Below, in pieces: positions 51,368-62,180 of a DNA stretch of 64,000 nt. The notes under the pieces are model-generated. The model did not search any database. It worked only from the letters and a program-made list of their open reading frames with translations, and was not told the DNA's origin. How positions within the stretch are numbered: the stretch's first letter is position 1; each line of letters starts with the position of its first letter. This stretch comes from Alkalispirochaeta sp. GTDB lineage: Bacteria; Spirochaetota; Spirochaetia; DSM-27196; Alkalispirochaetaceae. Both the position numbers and the translations under genes were made by a program. The stretch lies in NCBI GenBank assembly GCA_965601925.1, contig OZ271854.1, positions 3,968,001 through 4,032,000 on the forward strand. Reading direction: 5' to 3'.

Positions 51368-51376
51368 GATCCCTCC

Positions 51377-52666
51377 CTAAAACGACGCGGACAGCTGGAA
51401 CTGCACCGAGTACTCGACCGTCCGCTCGTCGCTGAATACGCCGGAGCTTCCCGTGGCGGGGACGAACACGCCCCCGGTGAGGGAAAGCCCCAAGTCGCTC
51501 AGCACGCGCCATCCTACGTTCAACGCCGCCTCGTTTCCCACGAGGTGGCCGTCGCTCAACGCGTCGACACCGGTTGTGTCAAGCACCTCGTCGGTACTCA
51601 CTCGAAAGAACGTGCGCGACGAGACTCCCACTTGGAGATCCCGGAACACGCGCGTTCGGGCGGTCTGAAAGGGCACGACGCTATATGAAACTTCTCCAAA
51701 GGCGATGTTCCGCAACGGCACGTCCAGGATAATCCCCACGTCGTCGCGCGAAATCGTCACGAACTGATCCAGCGTATCACCGGCGCCGGACGCCATCACT
51801 CCCCGTAAACCGAACTGCGAGGAGCGCCAGTCACTTCGAAAATATCGCAGTCGGGTGGAAATTAACACTCCAAAGCCGTTTTCCGTCTCGTCGTTCACCT
51901 CGGACGCCCACGGAGAGCCGCTGGAGGCGACCTCATAGAACAATCCCGGGAGAATCGGGCCGTCGAAAACGAGGCCGAAATAGCCCGAATTGAGCGTCTC
52001 TTCGTCCGTGTCCGCGTCGCGAAGGTCCCACTGCCCGATCGCCGATACCGTGACGGTCTGGCGCGCGAAGACCTCGGGGAACGAGACCTCGGTTATACCG
52101 ATGAGTCTACGGGCGCCGAAAAACTCATCGTCGTCGCCCGAATCGGTCAGGTCGGCGTCGGTCATGATGATGCCCGAGACGGGATTGAGCAGGAGACCGG
52201 TGTACGCCGCCGATAGCCGCGCCCGCACCCCGGAAAGCGCCAGTTCCGTCTCCACGCCGTCGACGGTATCGCTTAGAATGAAGGCGGTGGCGTCGCTCAT
52301 AAAAAATCGGCCGGCCGACGCGCGCAAGACCGAGCTCTCGCCGAATAGCGCGGGATACTGGCCGGTGAATCGAAGGAAGTCGACATCAAAGAGGTACGCG
52401 CGGTCGTCCGACCACGTGTAGCTCACCTGGCCGGTCGCCTCGATCTCCGAGTCGGTGCCGACGGGCATGAAGCTCTGCGTCCACAGTGCCGCGGTGACCG
52501 AAATCTCCCCTTCCGGATCGTCCAGATAGTCGGCGATGTTCACCGAACCCGACGAGTCGATCGATCCGCCCCACGTCGCCTCCTGCGCCGCAAGCGTTCC
52601 GCCCGTCGACACCAGCAATACCGATGCTATAATCGCCAGTACATTTCTTCGGATGTCGATCGCCAT
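51377..52666 (-). CDS. Probable outer-membrane beta-barrel protein
   Basis: Signal peptide, amphipathic strands, C-terminal VQFQLSASF. Confidence 0.7.
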   Translation of the reverse strand: MAIDIRRNVLAIIASVLLVSTGGTLAAQEATWGGSIDSSGSVNIADYLDDPEGEISVTAALWTQSFMPVGTDSEIEATGQVSYTWSDDRAYLFDVDFLRFTGQYPALFGESSVLRASAGRFFMSDATAFILSDTVDGVETELALSGVRARLSAAYTGLLLNPVSGIIMTDADLTDSGDDDEFFGARRLIGITEVSFPEVFARQTVTVSAIGQWDLRDADTDEETLNSGYFGLVFDGPILPGLFYEVASSGSPWASEVNDETENGFGVLISTRLRYFRSDWRSSQFGLRGVMASGAGDTLDQFVTISRDDVGIILDVPLRNIAFGEVSYSVVPFQTARTRVFRDLQVGVSSRTFFRVSTDEVLDTTGVDALSDGHLVGNEAALNVGWRVLSDLGLSLTGGVFVPATGSSGVFSDERTVEYSVQFQLSASF

Positions 52667-53190
52667 CAGAGGGCTCCCTCTTCCTGGAGGGCCAAAATCC
52701 GCCCCAGGATGCGCATTCCTCGTTCGCCGGAGATGGTCATGCGCGGGAATGAACGTCCCTGGATCGCGCGACGAAACGTGAGCTCGCGCGCGGCATACCG
52801 CGGCGACGGGGCGAGACTGTACATAAATCCGCCCGATATCTCGAAGGTTTGCATAATGAGGAGGGCGTATTCGCCGAGGGTCAACGCGGCGATCGGGGGA
52901 TAGTTCAGGACATCGCCGACTTGACTGAACCGCGCCGTAGCGCCCTGGAAGACGACCGTACCGCCCTCGATCGCCAATCCGCTGTCGATTTGCCGAAATT
53001 GGGCTACCGCCGCAGCGCGATCGACCGTCTCGTCGAGCTCGCCGATCGCCAACAATAGGAGATACGCCGCGCTCCCGTAGGTCATCTCCTCTTCCGCCAG
53101 GATCGCGTCGATAATGTCGTTCGATTGGGCCGACACCATCGCCGTCGCAAGCAAGAGGCCGAGCGCCGCGGCTATGAATGGTTTTTGCAT
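52666..53190 (-). CDS. Secreted hypothetical protein
   Basis: Signal peptide; GGFMY..P.PRYA.REL; coupled to the next gene. Confidence 0.7.
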   Translation of the reverse strand: MQKPFIAAALGLLLATAMVSAQSNDIIDAILAEEEMTYGSAAYLLLLAIGELDETVDRAAAVAQFRQIDSGLAIEGGTVVFQGATARFSQVGDVLNYPPIAALTLGEYALLIMQTFEISGGFMYSLAPSPRYAARELTFRRAIQGRSFPRMTISGERGMRILGRILALQEEGAL

Positions 53191-53337
53191 ACTTCCCCCG
53201 GTCCGAGTAAAAGGTATATCAACTTTTTCAACACGACTACTAAATAGCGTCGAGTTATTCTACAATATATAATGGCTCTGAGGTTTATGGCTCATCGAAC
53301 GTGCACATAGTTGTATTGTATTCTATGCGATTTGTCG

Positions 53338-54225
53338 CTATCCGGTTTGCAGCACAAAGCGAATACCGTAGCCGAAGAGCGTGGCCGGCGACCGTTCGTC
53401 GGGAATCTGTTCGGTGTCCTCGGATGCGTAGAAATCGAGATACGCCTCGATGGCCGCCGTCCCGCGCCCGATGCGGAGTCCCGCCTGCGTCGCCATATCC
53501 ACGGCAAAGCCGCCGTCGCGGAGCAATATGATATCGGGCATTGCAACACCGAAGGCGACGATTCCGTCCACCGGGGTGGTGTATTGCGCCTCCACGGCGA
53601 TGTTCAGGGTGATAAGGCTCCGGGGATCCGGTATCGACGAACCCCAGAAATCGTAGAGTTCCGACCATCCGAGGCGTACCATTCCGTCTATCGCCAACCG
53701 CCCCAGCGCCGCCGGCGTCCAGTCATTCAATGCAAAGCCGCCGCGTATGATATCGGCGGCCGGCTCCTCCAGTCCGTCGCGCAGCGGGTGATAACTCCTG
53801 CGGGAGTATTCGCCCAACACTACCAGGTGCGACGTTCCGACGCGAATGTTGGTGTGCCCGGCAAAGACGAATCCGTATTCGAAGTGAACCGCGTTCATGA
53901 TCCACTGCGCCGCATCGGCCCCCGGGCGCGTACCCTCGACGACCGGGCCGTTGAGCATGTAGGTGCTGTAGAAGATGCCGGTACGGAATCGCCCCACATC
54001 GAATATGCCGTGGTGCGCATACCCCTCGACCTGGAAACGGTCGATATCGGTGTCGAGGAAGACGTTGGCGCGGTAGGCGCTGTGGGCGTACCCGCCCTCG
54101 GCTATTGCGAGTCCGTCCGGCGGAGGGGATAACACGACGGCATCGGGACGTTCCATAAAGTCGTATGCCGACACTATACAGAGCGGCATCACGGAGACGA
54201 CAACGGCGGCGATAGTACGTTTCAC
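53338..54225 (-). CDS. Secreted hypothetical protein, possible beta-barrel
   Basis: Signal peptide (VKRTIAAV...VSA), aromatic-rich strands, ends FGYGIRFVLQTG. Confidence 0.55.
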   Translation of the reverse strand: MKRTIAAVVVSVMPLCIVSAYDFMERPDAVVLSPPPDGLAIAEGGYAHSAYRANVFLDTDIDRFQVEGYAHHGIFDVGRFRTGIFYSTYMLNGPVVEGTRPGADAAQWIMNAVHFEYGFVFAGHTNIRVGTSHLVVLGEYSRRSYHPLRDGLEEPAADIIRGGFALNDWTPAALGRLAIDGMVRLGWSELYDFWGSSIPDPRSLITLNIAVEAQYTTPVDGIVAFGVAMPDIILLRDGGFAVDMATQAGLRIGRGTAAIEAYLDFYASEDTEQIPDERSPATLFGYGIRFVLQTG

Positions 54226-54286
54226 ATCGACTAATATGGCGAACTGCGTTTGACTTTTCCACCGAACCCTTGCGAGTTTGATATTG

Positions 54287-56170
54287 ATGGCCGATCCACA
54301 CTCCGACTCTACCCTACCGAGGCGGAATAACCTCGCCGATGCGTCCTCTCCGTACCTCAGACAACACCGGCGCAATCCTGTGTGGTGGCAGGAGTGGTCG
54401 GCCGATCTCATAGGGCGTAGCCGCGCGGCCGACAAGCCGCTTTTTGTGTCCGTGGGATATGCGACGTGTCATTGGTGCCATGTAATGGCGGCCGAGGCGT
54501 TCTCCGATCGCGGTGTGGCCGACGCCCTCAACCGCGATTTCGTCTCCATAAAGATCGACCGCGAGGAGCGTCCGGACATCGATCACTTCATGATGCAGTT
54601 TCTCCTCGCTACGAGGGGCCACGGGGGATGGCCCCTCAACGTCTTTCTCACCCCCGATCTCAAGCCGATGGTGGCTCTCACCTACGTACCGGTGACGCCC
54701 CGCGGCGGGATGCCCGGCTTTGAGGAGATTCTCGACAAAGTGGCGGCGTTCTACCGCGAGCGAGGCGGGGAGCTTCCCTCGTTCGATCTATGGCAAGGAA
54801 GAAACAGCGAAGCCGCGGACGAAGCGCCCGCGCCGGCGCACCCGACGCCGCAAGATTTCGTCCATGTGCTGGATAACCTCGTGCGTCGGGGCGACCACGA
54901 ATGGGGCGGCTTCGGGCCGGATGCCAAATTTCCGCCCCACTCGACGCTTCTGTACATGCTTTTCGGCGTCGAGACGTATCGTCACGACGCATCGGCGCGC
55001 CTCGTCCGTCGCACGCTCGACATGATGGCCGGCCGGGGGCTGCACGACCATCTGCAGGGCGGCTTTTTTCGATACTGCGTCGACCGCGAGTGGACGATCC
55101 CGCACTTCGAGAAAATGCTCTACGACCAGGCGATGCTGCTCTGGGTCTACGCCCGCGCCGCCAAGATTTTTCGGAGCGATCGGTACCGCCGGATCGCACT
55201 GGATATCGTACGGTGCCTGGAGGAGAGCTTTACCCTGCCCGACGGTACCTTTGCATCGGCCCACGACGCCGATACCGACCACCACGAAGGCGCGACGTAC
55301 GTGTGGGACATCGACGAGTTACGGGAGGTAGGAACCGACGCGGTGGAGCGTCTCTTTCACCTACCACCGGGAGGGAACTTCGAGGGTCGCTACCACTTAA
55401 TCCTGCGTGACGGTGCGGCGATAGACGACGAGACGCGAAAGACACTCGACACACTTCTGGCACGACGCCGCCGGCGCCGGCAACCGTTTCGAGACGACAA
55501 AGCGATCACCAGTTGGAACGCCCTTGCGGCGACGGCGCTTATCTTCGCGTCCCGCGATATCGGCGAGTCGTCGTTGGCGGAGCGCGGCCGCGCTCTGTAC
55601 GTCGCGCTATCGCGACGGAATAGACTCGCCGACGGACGTTGGATTCGTAGTTCATTGGAAGGACGAATCAACGAGACCGAGTTTCTCGAGGACTACGCCG
55701 CGATTCTTTTGGTGCAGACCCAACTGGTCGAAGAGGCTCGGGACGCCGAGGAACGCTCTGCGCATATTCGGGAGATCGAACGCACCGAGACGCATATCGA
55801 GCGCTTCCGGCGCGGTAACGATTGGGCGGCGTCCCTGAACGAGGACGCACCGTCGGTGCCGGCCGACGACTTTGATAGCCCGACTCCTTCTCCCCGTTCA
55901 TTGGTGGAGATGGCATTGCAGCGGAGTGCCGTCTTGCGCACCCAATTTCGCGCCACCCCACCCCTTCGCCACGAGCAGCACGGCGATTTCGGCAATCTCG
56001 CGACCGCGCTCGCCGCCGGTGAGGTGTATCTACTGGAACGGCCGGTACGGCCGGACTGGAATAGTGTTCCGACAAATGCTATCTTTTCGCCATCCACCGT
56101 AACGAGTTGGTGCTTTCGCGGCGTATGTACACCGGGAGAGGCGCCTTCGATATGGAATCCCGCACCGTAA
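54287..56170 (+). CDS. YyaL/SSP411 thioredoxin-domain protein
   Basis: SPYL.QH..NPV.W, CHWCHVM, DREERPD, GGWPL, PHFEKMLYDQA. Confidence 0.93.
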   Translation: MADPHSDSTLPRRNNLADASSPYLRQHRRNPVWWQEWSADLIGRSRAADKPLFVSVGYATCHWCHVMAAEAFSDRGVADALNRDFVSIKIDREERPDIDHFMMQFLLATRGHGGWPLNVFLTPDLKPMVALTYVPVTPRGGMPGFEEILDKVAAFYRERGGELPSFDLWQGRNSEAADEAPAPAHPTPQDFVHVLDNLVRRGDHEWGGFGPDAKFPPHSTLLYMLFGVETYRHDASARLVRRTLDMMAGRGLHDHLQGGFFRYCVDREWTIPHFEKMLYDQAMLLWVYARAAKIFRSDRYRRIALDIVRCLEESFTLPDGTFASAHDADTDHHEGATYVWDIDELREVGTDAVERLFHLPPGGNFEGRYHLILRDGAAIDDETRKTLDTLLARRRRRRQPFRDDKAITSWNALAATALIFASRDIGESSLAERGRALYVALSRRNRLADGRWIRSSLEGRINETEFLEDYAAILLVQTQLVEEARDAEERSAHIREIERTETHIERFRRGNDWAASLNEDAPSVPADDFDSPTPSPRSLVEMALQRSAVLRTQFRATPPLRHEQHGDFGNLATALAAGEVYLLERPVRPDWNSVPTNAIFSPSTVTSWCFRGVCTPGEAPSIWNPAP

Positions 56171-56223
56171 ACGGCAGTTTTCTTGTGGTTCGCCGTGGTG
56201 CGAGATATTGTTAGCATCATATT

Positions 56224-57060
56224 ATGCGGACAGTCGACCGACATTTTGAATTAAAAAACGATGGGCAGTTATGGCTCTATTTCCTCGGCTGCGGAAGCGC
56301 GTTTTCCAAGCGTAACTTTCAGACGAATTTTCTCATTGTAAAGGGTGATTCACACCTCTTGGTGGACTGCGGCGCTACGTGTAGTCGCGCCCTCGCCGTC
56401 GGGGGCCTTTCGATTCTCGATATCGAGCACGTCGCCATTACACACTCCCACGCGGACCATATCGGCGGACTCGAAGAGATGATCCTCATGAATCGGTACG
56501 TCGCCCGCAAGAAACCGTCGATCTACATTACGCCGGCGTACCAGCGTATTCTATGGAATCAAAGTCTGCGCGGCGGTGCCGAGATGAACGAGCGTCACGA
56601 CGGCAAAGGGCTCACATTCGAGGACTACTGGAACATACGGCGTCCGCGCCGTATATCGGGCGCGGTGAGGGAGGCGCATCGCTTCTCGGTGGGGGACATC
56701 AACGTGCGGACGTTTCGTACACGCCACTACCCGGAGCAGGCGCAATCGTGGAGGGACGCGATGTACAGCACCGGGATGGTAATCGACGAGCGAATCGTCC
56801 TGTCGGGCGACACACAGTTTGACGCCGACCTCATCGATGACGTTGAACCGGCGGGCGGCGCGGAACACATTTTTCACGATGTGCAGTTCTTTCCCGGAGG
56901 GATACACGCCTCGTTGGATCAACTGGCGGGTTTACCCGTCGCGGCGCGACGCAAGACGTCATTGGTCCACTACGGCGATAACTTCGAGAACTTCACCGAT
57001 CGCGTAGCCGAACTCGAGTTTGCCGGTTTTACGCGGCAGGGAGTCATTTACGAGTTCTGA
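56224..57060 (+). CDS. Metallo-beta-lactamase-fold hydrolase
   Basis: LGCGSAF, DCG, THSHADHIGG, SGDT, HYGD. Confidence 0.9.
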   Translation: MRTVDRHFELKNDGQLWLYFLGCGSAFSKRNFQTNFLIVKGDSHLLVDCGATCSRALAVGGLSILDIEHVAITHSHADHIGGLEEMILMNRYVARKKPSIYITPAYQRILWNQSLRGGAEMNERHDGKGLTFEDYWNIRRPRRISGAVREAHRFSVGDINVRTFRTRHYPEQAQSWRDAMYSTGMVIDERIVLSGDTQFDADLIDDVEPAGGAEHIFHDVQFFPGGIHASLDQLAGLPVAARRKTSLVHYGDNFENFTDRVAELEFAGFTRQGVIYEF

Positions 57061-57084
57061 GCGTCCCGACCGCGACCCGCGGCG

Positions 57085-58128
57085 TTACACCGATGCGACG
57101 GTAACCGGCTCCAGGACGTCCACCGCCCGGTCTATAACGGTCATACGCACCGGAAAGTCGTCTTTCTCAAGCCACCGCGACTCTCCGTCGCATTGCAACG
57201 GCACTCGACGGTCGTAGTGGAGCGTCAAGGTGCGGCAGCGATGCATCGATACGAACGGTTCGTGAACGTGCTCGCCGGCGAAAAAACGCTTTTTCATGCG
57301 CACCTTATCGACGAGCGACGTCTCTCCTACCGCGCATAGGTTTTCCTCTCCCGGCAACACCTTCATGTGATCGCCGTAGGTGCGATCTCCCGTTACACCG
57401 AGGGCCAGTAAGGTCCACACACGAGGCCCTATCGTCTCCACCGTTCCGTCCGCCGTCGTTACCTGTGCATCCATCGGCCGAATATCGAGCGCTCTGTCGT
57501 AACGCAATACGGCGAGATTGACCACCACTCGGTAGGTGTTGCCGGGAAGAAGCCGCTTCCATCGCTGGTGGAGCATCGTGACGTACGCGTCGATGCCGAC
57601 AGACGCGATATTGAAGGCGTATACCGTATCGCGAGCGGTCTCGATGCGAATCGCAGGTATCCGGCGAGGCGCAGATACCCGCGACGACGGCCCCACTACC
57701 TCTTCGAGGCGAACTGCGCCGGCGGCGTCGTTGCCGCTTCCCATCGGTAGTCGCAAAAACCATCCGGGATACGGGGCATCGATACCGGCATGAAGCGCGT
57801 GGTTGTGCGTACCGTCGCCCCCCATGCTTATGAAGATCGGCGTCGCGGAGGGCGGCTCGGCCAAACGTTCCGCAATTCGGCGATACGCGTCGTGTCCGCT
57901 CTCCGTCCACCACAGTTCGAATCGTCCCGTCGGGCGCGCGGGAGACGGTGCATCTCGTTCATGTCGACGTGCCGCCTCGACGAGGTGGTTGATAGAGCGT
58001 CGGCGGTTTCTCGTACCGGCACCACGATTGGCAATGCAGTAGATCGGTCTCTCGCCGTGAGTCGCCCACAATGAGCGTGCGACGGCCCGAGCGATGTACT
58101 CCATCGCCTCGCGATGTCGATCAGACAA
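57085..58128 (-). CDS. Diacylglycerol/lipid kinase family protein
   Basis: GGDGT, P.GSGND, S.G.DA, Q.DGE. Confidence 0.85.
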   Translation of the reverse strand: MSDRHREAMEYIARAVARSLWATHGERPIYCIANRGAGTRNRRRSINHLVEAARRHERDAPSPARPTGRFELWWTESGHDAYRRIAERLAEPPSATPIFISMGGDGTHNHALHAGIDAPYPGWFLRLPMGSGNDAAGAVRLEEVVGPSSRVSAPRRIPAIRIETARDTVYAFNIASVGIDAYVTMLHQRWKRLLPGNTYRVVVNLAVLRYDRALDIRPMDAQVTTADGTVETIGPRVWTLLALGVTGDRTYGDHMKVLPGEENLCAVGETSLVDKVRMKKRFFAGEHVHEPFVSMHRCRTLTLHYDRRVPLQCDGESRWLEKDDFPVRMTVIDRAVDVLEPVTVASV

Positions 58129-58145
58129 TCGGGGATTCCACCGGA

Positions 58146-58796
58146 TTAGGCCGCATCGGTAAGCAGCGCAGGGATCGCGAAGAGGTCCTCCCTCGATTCG
58201 ACGAGGATACCGCTCCCCCCGCGGTTGATGATCGGTTCCAGATCGACCTCATATCGATCGCCCACCATGATGACTTCGGCGACCGTACACTCGACGGCCC
58301 GTAACGCCGCCTCGAACGGCCCCCAATCGGGCTTACTTGCCATCGCCGTATCGAGGCCGATGACCGACGGAAACCAACGGTCGATCGCCAAGGCCTGAAG
58401 GCCGCGACGACCCGTGAGCGCGGGATTGTTCGTCAGTGCGGCCAACCGATACGACCCGGCGAACGTTCCCAGGAGTGCCGAGAGCTCCTCATCGGGGGCG
58501 AGGAACCGCTTGGGGTCGATTAACTCCTCGCGCCACGCGACGCTCTCTTGAATGGGAATACCCAGCCGAGCGAAGGTGTTGCCGAGGGAGAGGTGCTCGC
58601 CGGTCTCGCGCATGACCGCGTCCCGCGTGCGCTTGACCAGTGCATCGGCGTCGGCGAAGCTTATGGAGCGTACCTCGCCGAGGCGGCGTATCAGTACATC
58701 CGCCTGGTGTTGTACGTAGTCGTCGTCGCGATACAGCGTATTGTCGATATCAAACAGAATCGCCCGATGCGGACCGGGTTTCAAAAAGTGCTTCAT
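58146..58796 (-). CDS. HAD-family hydrolase
   Basis: FDIDNTLY, LTN, KP, MVGDR..D. Confidence 0.9.
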   Translation of the reverse strand: MKHFLKPGPHRAILFDIDNTLYRDDDYVQHQADVLIRRLGEVRSISFADADALVKRTRDAVMRETGEHLSLGNTFARLGIPIQESVAWREELIDPKRFLAPDEELSALLGTFAGSYRLAALTNNPALTGRRGLQALAIDRWFPSVIGLDTAMASKPDWGPFEAALRAVECTVAEVIMVGDRYEVDLEPIINRGGSGILVESREDLFAIPALLTDAA

Positions 58797-59319
58797 AGAT
58801 CATCTCGGTGTAGGTGCGCGTCTCAATTGCTGCGGGCGATACGTCCATTCGATCGAGGAGCGCGACAAGACGGCTCCGCGCCGCCGAGATATCGGAGTCC
58901 GTCGCGTCGTCGGTGAGCACCACCTCGAGCTCGACGAAGTATCCCAGTTCGTTCACGCGACTCAACTCGACCGTTACGCCGTCGACGAGCCACGACTCAC
59001 CCTCTTTTTGCTTGGTGACCAGGCACCTCAAGCCGAGGGAGTACAAAAACAGCCGAAACGCTTCGCCGTCGGAAACGGAAAACTCCGTCTCGCGGTTCTC
59101 CTCGATACCGTCGAGGATTTTTTTTTGCTTAAAGGTGCACAGCCACCGCTCATCGTCGCGACGAAGGCGGTAGCGCGCTTCTTCGGGATCGTCTCCGAAT
59201 CCGAAGTACCAATCCTCTTTATGGTAGCGTCGAATGAACGAGCCGAGCTCGGCGAGGCGCTCACGAAGCGCCTCCGTGTCAGCTATTCGTGCCTTGAGCT
59301 CAACTTCGACGCCCATCAC
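58750..59319 (-). CDS. CYTH-domain (class IV adenylate cyclase-like) protein
   Basis: EVELKA, D.YF, RLR, E.E, LG.FVELE. Confidence 0.88.
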   Translation of the reverse strand: MMGVEVELKARIADTEALRERLAELGSFIRRYHKEDWYFGFGDDPEEARYRLRRDDERWLCTFKQKKILDGIEENRETEFSVSDGEAFRLFLYSLGLRCLVTKQKEGESWLVDGVTVELSRVNELGYFVELEVVLTDDATDSDISAARSRLVALLDRMDVSPAAIETRTYTEMIYEALFETRSASGDSV

Positions 59320-59328
59320 ACCGCTCCG

Positions 59329-60075
59329 CTACTTCGCCTTTCCCTGATTAGCGACCGCGGCGGCCTTTGCGGCGATCGCCTCTTGGTTGCCCAAATAGTA
59401 GTGCTTGATCGGCTTCAACGCGTCGTCAAGCTCGTATACGAGGGGGATTCCCGTGGGAATGTTCAGACCGACGATCTCCTCGTCGCTGACGTTATCGAGA
59501 TATTTGACCAAGGCGCGGAGACTGTTGCCGTGAGCGGCAATAATAACGCGTTTACCCGAGGTAATCGTGGGGGCGATCGTCTCGTGCCAGAGGGGAAGAA
59601 AGCGTTCTACGGTATCCTTGAGACACTCGGTGCGGGGCAACTGTGCATCGGAGAGGGTCGCGTAGCGCGGATCGTGCCCTGGAAAGCGCTTGTCTGAGGT
59701 CTCCAGCGCCGGGGGCGGGACGTCATAGCTGCGTCGCCAGACCTTTACCTGATCATCGCCGTGTTCGGCCGCGGTTTCCGCCTTGTTGAGACCCTGAAGA
59801 GCGCCGTAGTGGCGTTCGTTGAGGCGCCAGTCTTTGACCACCGGCAGCCAGACTTGATCGAGAGTGTTTAAGGCGAGATGGAGCGTGTTGATCGCCCGCT
59901 TGAGAACCGACGTATAGGCGATATCAAAGACGAATCCCTCTTGTTTGAGTACGTCGCCGGCCGCCGCCGCCTCGCCTACGCCGGTCTCCGACAGATCGAC
60001 ATCGGTCCAACCGGTAAAGCGATTCTCTTTGTTCCATTCGCTTTCACCGTGGCGAAGCAGAACGAGTTTGTGCAT
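59329..60075 (-). CDS. gpmA: 2,3-BPG-dependent phosphoglycerate mutase
   Basis: [31 protein letters not shown]. Confidence 0.97.
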   Translation of the reverse strand: MHKLVLLRHGESEWNKENRFTGWTDVDLSETGVGEAAAAGDVLKQEGFVFDIAYTSVLKRAINTLHLALNTLDQVWLPVVKDWRLNERHYGALQGLNKAETAAEHGDDQVKVWRRSYDVPPPALETSDKRFPGHDPRYATLSDAQLPRTECLKDTVERFLPLWHETIAPTITSGKRVIIAAHGNSLRALVKYLDNVSDEEIVGLNIPTGIPLVYELDDALKPIKHYYLGNQEAIAAKAAAVANQGKAK

Positions 60076-60147
60076 GATTACACTCCTTTGGCGATATGTG
60101 TTGCGAGCTTACAGAATGGCCTGGGGGGTGTCAACGTACGCCTACTC

Positions 60148-61383
60148 CTACGAAAGCATCGCGTGAACGCGCATCAGAGCCTCGACGAGTCGGTCGATCT
60201 CCTCGCGCGTATTGTAGAGATAGAACGATGCACGCACCGTTCCGCCGATACCGAAGTGATCCATAAGCGGCTGTGCACAGTGGAACCCGGTTCGCACGGC
60301 GATCCCCTGTTGATCGAGTAACGCGCCGACATCATTCGGATGGACGTCGCGCATGGAAAATGAATAAATACCGCCTCGCTCTTCCTCCGGCGCGTCGCCG
60401 TATTCGGTGATGTAGTCCAGGGAGCCCAGACGCTCCCGCGCATACCGATACAAATCGCGTTCGTGGGTCGCAATCGCCTCCATACCGACGTCGCTCAGAA
60501 AGCGTGCCGCCGCGCCGATACCGATGGCCCCGGCGATGTTGGGCGTGCCCGCTTCAAACTTCTCGGGCACGTGGGCCCACGTCGAATCGTCGAGACGCAC
60601 GCGTTGAATCATATCCCCGCCGTACATGAACGGGTCCATCTCCTCCAACAGGTGTCGCTTGGCGTACAGCACGCCGATTCCCGTCGGTCCGCACATCTTG
60701 TGGCCCGAGAACGCGAGAAAGTCGCAATCCAGTGCATTGACGTCCACCGGATGGTGCGACACGTACTGGGCTCCGTCCAGAAGAACCAGTGCGCCGTGCC
60801 GATGTGCTTCGGTAGTAATGAGATCGAGCGGCGGCATGTACCCCGTAACATTGGACATCGCGGTAACGGCGACCAGGCGGGTACGTTCGGTGATCGACGC
60901 ATGCACCGCCTCTGCGGTTATCGAACCGCCGCCGGTGAGGGGAATGTACCGTAACGTCGCACCGGTGCGCTTTGCGATCTGCTGCCACGGCACAAGGTTG
61001 GAATGGTGCTCCATCGCCGTCAGGAGGATCTCGTCTCCCGGCCCGAGGCGGTTGAGCCCCCACGCGTAGGCGACGAGATTGATCGACTCGGTCGTACCGC
61101 GCGTGAAGATCACCTCCCCCGCATCAGAGGTCGCGCCGACCATACGTCGGATCGCCTCCCGCGCCGTATCGTACTCGGTCGTCGCGCGAGCGCTCATCTC
61201 GTACACGCCGCGATGGATATTGGCGCTATACTCGAAGTAGTAGGCGGTAAGCGCGTCAACTACCTCTTTCGGTTTGAGAGAGGTCGCTCCGTTATCAAAA
61301 TAGACCAGATCGCGACCCCGCATCTTTTCGGAGAGAGCGGGAAAGTGTGATCGTAGGCCGATCAAGTCGAGTGTCTCAATCAT
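60148..61383 (-). CDS. sufS: SufS-type cysteine desulfurase
   Basis: YFDNGATS.KP, EHHSN, FSGHKM.GPTG, RTGFHCAQP. Confidence 0.92.
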   Translation of the reverse strand: MIETLDLIGLRSHFPALSEKMRGRDLVYFDNGATSLKPKEVVDALTAYYFEYSANIHRGVYEMSARATTEYDTAREAIRRMVGATSDAGEVIFTRGTTESINLVAYAWGLNRLGPGDEILLTAMEHHSNLVPWQQIAKRTGATLRYIPLTGGGSITAEAVHASITERTRLVAVTAMSNVTGYMPPLDLITTEAHRHGALVLLDGAQYVSHHPVDVNALDCDFLAFSGHKMCGPTGIGVLYAKRHLLEEMDPFMYGGDMIQRVRLDDSTWAHVPEKFEAGTPNIAGAIGIGAAARFLSDVGMEAIATHERDLYRYARERLGSLDYITEYGDAPEEERGGIYSFSMRDVHPNDVGALLDQQGIAVRTGFHCAQPLMDHFGIGGTVRASFYLYNTREEIDRLVEALMRVHAMLS

Positions 61384-61411
61384 GTGGTAAATCATACCAA
61401 ATAGGTCTACT

Positions 61412-61449
61412 AAAAGAAAGGAGCGGCGCCGAGATCTCGACGCCGCTCC
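61412..61449 (-). terminator. Intrinsic terminator after sodA
   Basis: GGAGCGGCG...CGCCGCTCC followed by TTTCTTTT. Confidence 0.85.
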
Positions 61450-61510
61450 CTGACTTCACTCATACGTGTAGTACGTCCGCGCCGGGCGCGGTGTGACGAT
61501 ACGAGTTGGG

Positions 61511-62116
61511 CTACAGCGCCGCCTCGTAGTTGGCCCCGACCTGACCCCAATTGATCACATTGAAGAACGCACCGACATATTCGGGGCGCCGATTCTGATA
61601 CTTGAGATAGTAGGCGTGTTCCCATACGTCGAGTCCGAGAATCGGAGTCTTGCCCTCCGAGAGCGGGTTGTCCTGATTGGGCGTACTGGTAACTTCCAAT
61701 GCGCCGCCGGAGACTACGAGCCACGCCCAGCCGCTTCCGAATCGCGTCGCCGCCGCCGTGGAGAACTTCTCCTTAAATGCGTCGAAACTGCCGAACGTCG
61801 CGTTGATCGCATCGGCAAGCTTACCGGTCGGCGCTCCCCCACCCGATGGTGAGAGGATCGTCCAGAATAGGGCGTGATTGACGTGTCCTCCGCCGTTGTT
61901 ACGCACCGCGGTGCGGATATTTGACGGAACGGAGTCGAGTTTTTTCACGATCTCGGCGGGATCCATCGATGCGAACTCGGTCCCCTCGACCGCGGCGTTG
62001 AGCTTTGTCGTGTAGCCGACGTGGTGCTTGTCGTGGTGGACGCGCATCGTAGCCTCGTCGATGTGGGGTTCCAGCGCGTTGTACGCGTACGGTAGATCCG
62101 GTGTTTGAAATGCCAT
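61511..62116 (-). CDS. sodA: Superoxide dismutase (Mn-type signature)
   Basis: [38 protein letters not shown]. Confidence 0.93.
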   Translation of the reverse strand: MAFQTPDLPYAYNALEPHIDEATMRVHHDKHHVGYTTKLNAAVEGTEFASMDPAEIVKKLDSVPSNIRTAVRNNGGGHVNHALFWTILSPSGGGAPTGKLADAINATFGSFDAFKEKFSTAAATRFGSGWAWLVVSGGALEVTSTPNQDNPLSEGKTPILGLDVWEHAYYLKYQNRRPEYVGAFFNVINWGQVGANYEAAL

Positions 62117-62180
62117 AGGTTTCCTCCTGCACGTGTAAGCTACTAACGACGCCGCAGGAGGGCAAACGAGACGCGCAAGG

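Noticed and set aside
58750..59319. CYTH protein as a defence cyclase
   Set aside because: Sits in a housekeeping context (gpmA, HAD, lipid kinase) with no effector gene
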